Shown: positions 54,700-64,000 of the stretch, one piece after another | Position numbering within the stretch: the stretch's first letter is position 1 | Layout of the letters: the number at the start of each line of letters is the position of its first letter | Notes under the pieces: model-generated | Seen by the model: only the letters and a program-made list of their open reading frames with translations | Database searches by the model: none | What the model was told of the DNA's origin: nothing | Translations under genes and position numbers: made by a program | Origin: Spongospora subterranea f. sp. subterranea | Lineage: Eukaryota | NCBI GenBank assembly: GCA_049724395.1 | Contig: JAUGWO010000102.1 | Location: 1 to 64,000 of the forward strand | Direction of reading: 5' to 3' | DNA length: 64,000 bases

Positions 54700-55060
54700 A
54701 TGTGATAGCGGTTCTCTATGTTGGGTCGCCGCGTTCCAGAGACTTGGCGGATCTAACGCATCCATTTAGACGCGGACGCGGCCCCATATCATATGTGCGT
54801 CTCGAATCGGCGCCTAACCCTGATGACCGGAATAGGTGATTGTAACGGGTGAACGGCCGTCCTCTGACTGTTTCTCCTCTGAACCACCCTCCTTGTGACT
54901 GCTCTATAAGGGTACACAATTTCTGATTTGTTATTTTCAAATTGAGAGTCGGCAGAGGTGTGGGAGCAGCCCTGGGCCAGTCGAGCCAATAGGAAGAGTA
55001 TCACTGGCTGATGATGACAGGTATCCCTGACTGTGGCCCAGTGATCCAATCGCGGTCCCG
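54700..55060 (+). ncRNA. Candidate structured ncRNA (telomerase-RNA-like or box C/D family)
   Basis: Several G-U-containing helices, possible 5'-3' closing stem, hairpin abutting CCTAACCCT, TGATGA/CTGA boxes. Read by eye only. Confidence 0.4.
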
Positions 55061-55135
55061 GATCGGAACTTCACTTTCAAATCCTTGAACACCACGCCCC
55101 CTACACGCACCCTAATATTCTCTTTCATAACGGCC

Positions 55136-56429
55136 ATGGCCATCGTTAATCAACGGATCACACTACAAAGTCGACCAGTGGGGGCGCCGTCATGGGACAA
55201 TTTTCGACAGGAATCTGTTAGTTGGCAAGATAATGTCGCATCAGGATGTTGACAAGGTGTGGATTAGGTTACGGTTGAACTACCCAAGACTCCCTATGTT
55301 CTCATCAAAGTCTTGACAATTTCGATTGATCCGGCCATGAGAGGTTGGATGTCTTCGGCGGATTCATACTTGCCTCCAGTAGCGATTGGAGATGTAATTT
55401 CGTCATCCAGAGAAGCCAGTATGTTTCTCAGTTCAACGTGATCAGGTTATGAGAGCCAGTGCCATTGGGGAAGTGGTTCAGTCGACCATCGACAAGTATC
55501 GGGTCAACGATATCGTTGAAGGCGTTTTTGGTCTTCAGCAATATGCCGTCATCACTGATCCTGAACAAATCGGGCTCGTCAAATCTAGCTTCGACCTTCC
55601 CATAAGCGCGTGGTTAAGCATTCTTGGGATTACCGGATTAACCGCTTATTTTGGTACCAAAACGCCTGCACATCCCAGCTATTTGAGGCTTATAGGTTCT
55701 AACAGGATTATTGAAGGTCGGGCAGCCTCAACCAGGAGACACAGTTTTGATATCTGCGGCCGCTGGTGCAACTGGATCAATAGTTGGGCAAATTGCAAAG
55801 CTTATGCATTGCAGAGTCGTTGGCGTTGCAGGATCGGATGAAAAATGTAAACTGCTTGTCACTGACTTCAAATTTGATGCCGCAATTAATTACAAAAGCG
55901 TCACATCGTTGACAGCAGAAGTTCACAGACTTTGTCCCGCAGGTCCTCGTACTGACTGTTGACACCTGACAATTGGTCTGAAAGTTGGCTGGTAGGTGTT
56001 GATGTATTTTTCGATAGCGTTGGCGGAGGAATTTTAGATGCTGCGTTATCTAATCTTCGACTCGGCGCGCGTGTGGTTATATGTGGTGCTATTTCACAAT
56101 ACAATGCCCAGAAAGTCACTGGCCCTGAGAAATATTTGAACTTGCTTGTCAAGCGTGCTAGAATGCAAGGTATAGAGATGATTCTTGCTGAAATTCAGTT
56201 CTAACTCTGTCTGTCTCTAGGATTCATTGTGTTCGATTATGCTAAAGAGTATGGGACTGCACGAAGTCGGCTGGCAGAATGGGTGCGTAACGGCTTGATT
56301 ACCTACAATGTTGATGAAATGCATGGGCTCGACAACTGGATTCCCGCATTATCCTCTGTTTTCCTTGGCAATAATTCAGGAAAAATGGTTCTCAAACTGT
56401 CTGATCCGAAGATCGAGTCGAAGTTTTAG
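55136..56429 (+). CDS. NADP-dependent oxidoreductase (PTGR1/CurA, MDR family)
   Basis: SIDPAMRGWM, LGITGLTAYFG, ISAAAGATGSIVGQIAK, VDVFFDSVGG, ICGAISQYN, GNNSGKMVL. Confidence 0.95.
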
Positions 56430-57029
56430 AAATCGAGTCGAAGTTTTAGAATTGCCATCATTTGTTGTTTGCAAACGAAATTCAGTTTTAATAAAGCAAA
56501 TTATGTAAACAAGGGAACTTTATTCTCCTCTATTTGCTGCTACTTAACTTCTTGCTCTCTCTAATTTATTTTCTTCTGCTGTTGAACTTTTTTGCAACGC
56601 TTGGGCCTTGGTCATTGAGTTATCCAAACTTGAATTACAGGCGTCTAGCGAACCACTTTTGTACCCGTCGGATCGTCGTGGTCCTATCCTTGTGGGCAAG
56701 AACAACGGTCGAAGCCGTCCTCTTAGCAAAATTTCGGAGCAACAGATGACGCCTGACTTTGCCAATTTTTGGGCCTTCATATGAATGTTGAATTTGGATC
56801 AGATCAGAGGCACAACGTTTTGCACTTGTGTTAGGGAAATGTTCACATGCATGGATTGAATCAACTGCACTTGAGTTCAGATCATATTCATCATCACATT
56901 CAATCTGTGGTCGCTTGTTGCAGGCTTGTCAGATGCGTGTTGTGGCATTGGCTGTGCTGTGCTTGCAAAACGTGAGGCATTCTGTTCCACGACCGAATTC
57001 ATGGCTGAAAAAAGTCTTTTTGCTTAGCT

Positions 57030-57112
57030 TTTAGCAATTTCTACAGTAAATTTAGCAATTTCTACAGTAAATTTAGCAATTTCTACAGTAAATTTAGCAA
57101 TTTCTACAGTAA
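57030..57112 (+). repeat. 21-bp tandem repeat, ~4 copies
   Basis: (tttagcaatttctacagtaaa)n. Confidence 0.95.
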
Positions 57113-57672
57113 CGGCAGCGCTTTTTGAAAGTAGAAAGTTAATTCTGGAGGGAGAGGGGGCAATGAGAACAGATAATATAGTGCATTAATGATTCGATAC
57201 ACCACTCCGATACCGTCACTGATACCAGATAATGATACGCTAGCTCAGTGACGACATTTGACGTGACCATGTCGGTGAGACCTGTTTCGTTACCTGTGTT
57301 AGCTTGGGGATCGGTCATGCATAAGGGATGTCTAGTCTCACAATCGGCCTCTGAGTCTCATTGTTAATATATCCTCATTAGCCGCACATCGTTATGGATC
57401 AGTATCGGCTACAGGTTCTCAGTTCAGTATTCATCGGATTCGAATCCGAATTCTCTCATGAATACATGTTTCAGGAGCGCGAATTCAAGAAACATACAAG
57501 AACTGCGAGATGTTGAGCGATTCGCAAGTAGCCATAGACCATGATCTTCAAGTTGTCGTGGCAAAATCAAAACACATGATGATGGTGTCGCGCGATTTCC
57601 GCACTGAATTTAGGGCCAAATTTGCTATGATAGCTTCATCGAAATCATCGCGAGAAGGAAACGAATAACAGA

Positions 57673-58425
57673 CTAAAATTTAGGGCATTTATCAGGTTGT
57701 AATCTTCTTTTCAAATAATCAACTAACTGTTGACGTGTACCCGGCCAGATGATATCTTGGTCAGTGATCTCCATTATCGTTTCAGAGTAACTCTCTTTCA
57801 CATCAAGCGTTTTCCAAATCAGTCTCAGCTCCATTTCGGTTGAGCTTATAGGTACTACTTCTCTTTGAACTAGCTCAACCGCTCTGCCATCGAGAATGTG
57901 GTTGCACCCAATTTTTGGCACTGAAGGGCATAGGAGATCCACCACATCTTCACAAAGATCAAGTGCAGAACAGAACATGATCTTCTCTAATTCCATATTC
58001 AAACTATCATTCTGAACAGAGTTTGAAGGAAACTCGCTTATCGATTTACAAAACGACTCAGTGACCATATCCTTCCATTTAGGGTAACTCTCATCACTGA
58101 TAACAGGTTTATCATCGACAACACCCTGTATCATGTAAGCGTAAAAAACCAACTTGCCGAAGACAAAACAAACCTTGCATGATCGCCAGTGAGATATGGC
58201 ATCATCTAAAAACTGTTTCATACCAATTGACTTTAAACTTGCCCTATATTTAGATGATCGTTTGATGATGGGAATGGTAGGTGTATCATTTTGGGATGGT
58301 GCTCTGGGAGAAGTATTACAGCCGTTGATTCGAAACCTGGAATTGGATATAACGCTGGTTGTAAGAAGGCGGGCGCATACGTTTGGCCGTTCAATGCGCA
58401 CCGAGCACCGCCTCAAAAACAACAT
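57673..58425 (-). CDS. Hypothetical protein with mitochondrial-presequence-like N-terminus (paralog of 50850-51564)
   Basis: MLFLRRCSVRIERPNVCARLLTTS; in-frame GT-AG intron after WRSCK; colinear similarity with the paralog. Confidence 0.7.
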   Translation of the reverse strand: MLFLRRCSVRIERPNVCARLLTTSVISNSRFRINGCNTSPRAPSQNDTPTIPIIKRSSKYRASLKSIGMKQFLDDAISHWRSCKVCFVFGKLVFYAYMIQGVVDDKPVISDESYPKWKDMVTESFCKSISEFPSNSVQNDSLNMELEKIMFCSALDLCEDVVDLLCPSVPKIGCNHILDGRAVELVQREVVPISSTEMELRLIWKTLDVKESYSETIMEITDQDIIWPGTRQQLVDYLKRRLQPDKCPKF

Positions 58426-59149
58426 GACTTCCCAATGGACAACGATAACCTGCTCCGGTCGGCGGTCCCAGTCCCCGGACTACAACCGATTGCCGTACCG
58501 AATACCCCAGAGTCAGAAACCTTTGAAATCGAACTCGGTGACAGACTTTGAGACCCCCTAACTAATGTATTCATCGCGCTTGACCTAATTCCGAACGAAT
58601 TAATTCTAAGTTCATAATACCATGAAAACGCTGGCGGAAGCCTGCAGCATGGTCCTGTAAATGATCGTGTTTGTGTGTTGCCGCTCTGTGGTCGTACAAT
58701 TATTTCAAAGAAAGAGCGGTGTCTGAACTTGGAAGCTGAACGCTGCGATGTTCACGGTTGGCCCGACCCTAGAGGAGATGTGATTCACGTCCCAAGATCG
58801 GATACATCTGCCATTTGGCGGAAACGTCTGTCGATGGTGAGGACCGACAGGAAAAGAGGCACATGACGGCATGGTCGCCGAATGGGTAGGTACTGTAAGT
58901 GTTGACGAAGTCGGTATAGCGAGTGCAACAGAGCACATGTATGACTGTGGCTTATAGCCATGTCCAAGTTGTGGTTACAGTTAATAAGTGTTCGAATTAC
59001 AACACGAAAATCCCTGACCTTGTTTATTCGACCTCCTTCGGCCATCGTACTGTATCAAATGAAGTCTTATAAATATCAGGATCATCTCATTATGGCACGT
59101 GTCCATAAACAAAACCGTTAATCTCCATCTCATTCGTCATCCAATAGAA

Positions 59150-60908
59150 ATGATGTTGAAATGTATATGGGGTTTAGCCATCATAACCATGGCGACGGCA
59201 GCTGTCGACACGGATTTCACAGACTTTAAATGTTCCGCACTCCGTCCAACCCAGATCGTTGAACAATCGTGTATATTTTGAGGTGAAAGGGCGTATTGGA
59301 AATATATCCCTCTGTAATCCTGATGATGTCCCTGGTGTCTCTGCTGAAGTCCACCTAAGAAAGTCGTCGGATCGTATGAAGTTCTCATGGTAGATTTAAT
59401 CCATTGACCATGAATACCGAATGTCTCAATGTAGATACAAATCCGAACAATGGGGACAAAACACGATCTTGGCGATTTGAAGGAGGATTTAAAGTGAGTA
59501 CGGATACGCCTAAGCTCATCCATCTAGCATGGTGTCTGGTTAACATTCAGGTAAAAAAATCAATCGAAATTGGCTGGCTATACAATAGGTCCTGATCGCC
59601 GTCGTTGAACAGAATGGAGCGGAAATGGCCAAAATTGTCACCGATGTATCAATAGCATCATCGTGAAGTGATTTCATTTCGTATGACGACAAAATAAACT
59701 CTGAACTTTCGTTCAACGAGGATCCGCTATAGCCAGGCTGTTTGGTGTCCTTTCTGATGAGTGTCTTGGGAATGCTGCGGGATGGATAAGTCATTCCAGA
59801 GCAAACAATATCGATTGCAGATAGAACCATGGGCCCGATTGATGTTAACTATTGCTCTCAACTCTTGACGAAAGTGGCGAAATATGAGAGATTGAGTATA
59901 GTCCCTGTGACAGCTCGTTCATTGTGTCATTCCTTTGACACATTTGATCTATTCATGATGGCGCAGAGAAAACTCCTCAAACTAAGAGGGCAATTGGAGA
60001 GTCTTAAGGAGCAGGCAGGGCATCTGCATTCCACTCTTCGTGCAGGACCAATCGTAGGCGGCTGCCTGATTGCCAAATAGTCACTGATGGGAATTTAGCA
60101 GGACCAGAGGCAATATTCGATGATAAAACAGTTGGCTGAACGAAATGTGCCAGATATGATTATTCAAATCGCAAACAAGATATCAGTATTAGAGGACACA
60201 GTAGCAAAGAGCAAAACTATGTTGACGATCGAGGACTATAGAGAAGGAAATACGAGTGACAATGGCAAAAGGGTGGAAATATATATGCCGAGGGGAGATG
60301 AGAGGAAACTAGATACAATTAACAGGAACACAACTGACGAGAAGGTCGAGGAATCTGGATTTGAGCTTCGGACAGAGTATAATTCAACGGCCTCAATACC
60401 AGGAGATATGACAATTGAGGCGATATCAGATTCAAGAAAGGGATCGAAATATCCGACTCCTATTTGTAGGCCACCAACAACACCATCACCATATAGGACA
60501 AGCCGTCGACGCTATAAAGAGCCTCATTTCCAAGAGAATCTCAATTTGATGACAAATCACCTTCATTCGCCAAACAGCGAATTGGAAAATACTGATCATC
60601 AACAAACGATTGTGATAGAAAAACCAGAAGGTGAAATACGTGAGAGGGAAGCAGAAGGGAAAGCGCCAACAGTTATGATCTCCCTACTACGTGACGAAGG
60701 AAACCAAGGAGGAATCTGGCGCCGGCATTTAGATATGCCGCATGGGGGCAACGACGACGCTAAACCAGGAACATTTAAAACTACTGGGGTTGGTCACGTC
60801 AGACCAGATAATGGCCAGGTGTTAACGAATTCATCAAGAAGGAGATCCAGATCACGAATTACTAGTCTTGATTTGAGAAACTCTGGACGAGACACTCAAC
60901 CTGACTAA
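59150..60908 (+). CDS. Hypothetical protein(s); N-terminal signal peptide and low-complexity C-terminal exon
   Basis: MMLKCIWGLAIITMATAAVD; several GT-AG-bounded exons; 262-aa ORF 60120-60908. May be one or two genes. Confidence 0.4.
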
Positions 60909-61076
60909 AAGTGAAGATCATCAAGACAGATCCATGAATCGGCAAGGCATTAAATACCTTGCTGATCGACTAGTTCCACGGTCATCCTCAACAACGGGAC
61001 GGCTAACAAAGGAGCGAGCACGATTAGAGGGGCTTTACCAGAAGGCAATTGCCGAACATGAACTTGTCAGAAAAAA

Positions 61077-64000
61077 CTATAACAAATAAACAGGAAAACA
61101 CGTCCAGAAGAAATGATGCGCTTGACAGGGAAGTTTATTGTTATCATCCTTATATAGGAAAAGCATCATCGATTTCAGAGGGAAACGATGGAGTTTTGAA
61201 GTACCTTTCTGCCACATCCAGCTGAACGATAAACCGATGTCAAAAAATTCAGGTGGTGCCCAAAATACGAAACGAACCTCAGCAGCGAGATTTGAATTGA
61301 GTTCACGGTTGATGGATGATATTTCACTTAAGATCGTCTCCCTGAACCTGGTAAATACATCGGAAAATCGCCGCAGCAACATACTAAGCCGTTCCTCTAG
61401 CGGCGATTTGTTCTCAACTTGCACCTCTGATATTAGTTGGGCAAAGCGTTGAACAATATCGACTATTAGATACTGCAGCTTCTCATCATCGAAAACCTGA
61501 ACAAACCGATTTATCAAGATGAACAATCCTGAAAAAGCTACAGTAAGTACATGTGCAAAATCAACTGCATTCTGCAGAATAGTGAACATGACGGCATCTG
61601 AGAAGGCGTGAGACCCATAATTAACAAATAACCTAAACATGTGGGAGCCTGTAAGTGTTCGAAGAGCCGCGAAACTGCAGCAATTACTCACCACTGGTTC
61701 AAATACATAGGATGGAACACGAATCGTCGGATTAGACGATCCAAAATGACTACCGTATGCTGAGGAGAGTTTACCCAGAACGATGCTATCCAACCGGGAA
61801 ATACTGCTGGATCTGGCAGATCAGCTACAGCAGCTCCGATTTCCGATTCATAGTATGTCAGACGGCTGAAGCAGTGACTAACCAATTGAAAAACACTCAG
61901 ACAAATACAAGCATCTCTTCACCTCTTATGGATACCTATATGACTTTTTACCGTGCCACAAAATGCATTTAACCACATATTTCTAGGTTGCCTGACGCCG
62001 ATTCCAGCACTTCATCAAATGTAACCTTGTTCCTGATATTCTGATGCAGCAACCAAGATATAAGAATTTAAAAAACAAAGGTATAAAAGGCCATACCTCA
62101 CAAACAACTTCCCGAATCTCGGGATCATCACCATCGAATTGAGGTAGTAATGCAGGATTAGGCAAAAGGGATCGTAATAAGGGTGCAGGTGCTAATACTT
62201 CATCGAGGCAATCATAGTATGAAAGTCTAACACCTGCAAGTGACCTGATGCTGAATACAAAGAAATGCAAGCATTCGAGAGACAACGGACCCTGATGTAA
62301 AGCCATTTCGACAAAATAACGCTGTGGATGTAGCGGATCCGCTTCAGTAGCAACATGTTCCCAAGCAGGCCACGGCCATTCAAAAGATGTATTGGAGAGA
62401 TGGTAGCCAAACCAGGTGGCTAATACAATTAATGACATACGGTTTCATTTGAGTTAACCACGCACCTACCAAAACGCTCTACTGATTCTAACGTTAAAAA
62501 GTGCAGTGACTGAAATATCTTGTGAACGGAACGACCCATAAAGGCGGCTATGGAGGGGCATGCTCTAAGGCACCAAACAGTAAGACCACGCCAATATATG
62601 TCAGGAATATGCGATGGCATTGGATCTAGAATCTTTGACAAAATTAACTCGATAAGCATTTGCTAAATCCATCTGATTAGTGGGGCAATAACGATCCGAA
62701 ATTCACTGAACTCACCTGTGCATTAAACTCTAATGCCTTTTCTGTCAACATCATTAACGATTCGCGGCCACTTTCGTGCCATACATACAGCTGATCAATA
62801 AACTGAAACATGCACGTAATTAGCAAACCCATTTGCTGGAAAAAGAACACACATACTTGTTGCTCCAGAACAAAAGCGTCAAGGTCGGTAAGACTACTCT
62901 TCAATTTATGATCGACGTTCTCTCCAGTGTTGATTATCAACCGGCATGGCATGACCCAATTAAGTCCACAATACCCTATCCCGACCGAAGAAATGCGAAA
63001 CGAAAATGGACAAGGTACGCATCTAAAACGTCAATTGCCTGATATAAATTGCTATCGCTGATGATAAACAAACGATATACCTTTTCAACGGTTCCATTAT
63101 ACTCGGGCCAGGAGTACGGACAACATAGTGATGGGTTTTAGGTCTACCGTTCCCTTTGGTGTCCAATAAAGAAGTATACATCGCTTGAAGCGTGTCGCGC
63201 CCAGACCGGAACACAGAGGAATGAGTCGATCGAAGACAGGTGAGTGGTGCCATGGAGGGAAGCGGAGTCGCCATCCCAGAACGGGATAAAAAGTAGTCGC
63301 GAAGCCCGCTCCATATCGCTTCATCTGAAAATACCACTGTTGACCATTAGAGACCTAAAAAAAAACGGTTGAATATGCCATACCCGGGACAGAACGGGCA
63401 ACAGTCGAAATAGCTGTGTAAATGGCCCAATCACCCTGGCATGTCCCTGGTGTTGAAGCAATGCCTAGCTGAATAAGATCGGATATCAACTCTGCAAGGT
63501 CTCGAGTCGAGAAGACATGCGCCTATATTTTCATTGAATACTAGAAGCTACAAGAATGAAACTCAATATTGCCCTTGACCTCAGATAATGCTGTCATAAA
63601 CAGTAAATACATTTGAACCGTGAGGGAAGACGCACCAGCCTTGATAGCTTGATTTAAGCGAAAGGCAATGCAATCAGCAACGTCGACAGAAATGGATTGA
63701 TCCGTTTTCGACAATAGTCCGATCAAACATGCATAAAATGTCTGTTTTAACGGCATTGAAATGCCACTGTAGAAATTTCGTCAAGTCTCATATAGTGTTG
63801 CTAAACGCCAGTACCATTCGACGATAATTCCAATGACTTGATCCCGGTTAGCCCGAAGATCCCGAACAAGGACGTATGACATGTCAAAGATATCGTCATC
63901 TCGGGATTGCGGGTCTAATTGATCACCAAGCCTAAAATTACCTCAATAACTAGGTCGCAAACGATTTTTGAATTAGGACTTTGCAATAAACTGGGTAAGC
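61077..64000 (-). CDS. NCBP1: Nuclear cap-binding protein subunit 1 (CBP80); both ends approximate
   Basis: IFRLGD, MPLKQTFYACLIGLL, LIELILSKIL, WFGYHLSNTSFEWPW, VRLSYYD: MIF4G-like motifs in CBP80 order. Confidence 0.88.

Noticed and set aside
54820..54850. Hammerhead ribozyme (CTGATGA core)
   Set aside because: No GAAA after a stem II, and stems I/III are not evident.
56412..56451. 20-bp direct duplication spanning the oxidoreductase stop codon
   Set aside because: Simple local slippage with no coding effect.
56530..57005. Possible small gene from short ORFs
   Set aside because: No recognisable motif or consistent exon structure could be established.

Overview
A gene-dense, intron-rich eukaryotic window. 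Most introns are short GT-AG types. The compact architecture and moderate GC suggest a protist, possibly a phytomyxid, but that is only an impression. Recognisable genes: a TBC Rab-GAP, a membrane-anchored S8 subtilase with PA and EGF domains, WDR6/Trm734, ELP3, RPA1, an RNI-like LRR protein, a frameshifted kinesin-light-chain-like TPR protein, a GRAB-domain golgin, RPS17, a P1B copper ATPase with a metallothionein-like tail, a divergent 14-3-3, TFIIS, a PTGR1/CurA-type oxidoreductase and NCBP1/CBP80. There is also one tRNA-Pro(AGG). Between ELP3 and the tRNA lies a ~5 kb rearranged block: a 37-bp x20 minisatellite, a 70-bp fold-back, nested Ty1/Copia relics with half-tRNA primer sites, and a ~1.1 kb quasi-palindrome. 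A Ty3/Gypsy relic and a MITE lie further left. The main leads are (i) a ~350-nt structured intergenic segment at 54.7-55.06 kb with a hairpin directly followed by CCTAACCCT, a candidate telomerase RNA or C/D-type RNA; (ii) two diverged paralogs of an unrecognised, probably mitochondrial protein family; (iii) a Copia element apparently primed by a 5' half of tRNA-Lys. All gene boundaries and base pairings were read by eye and are approximate.
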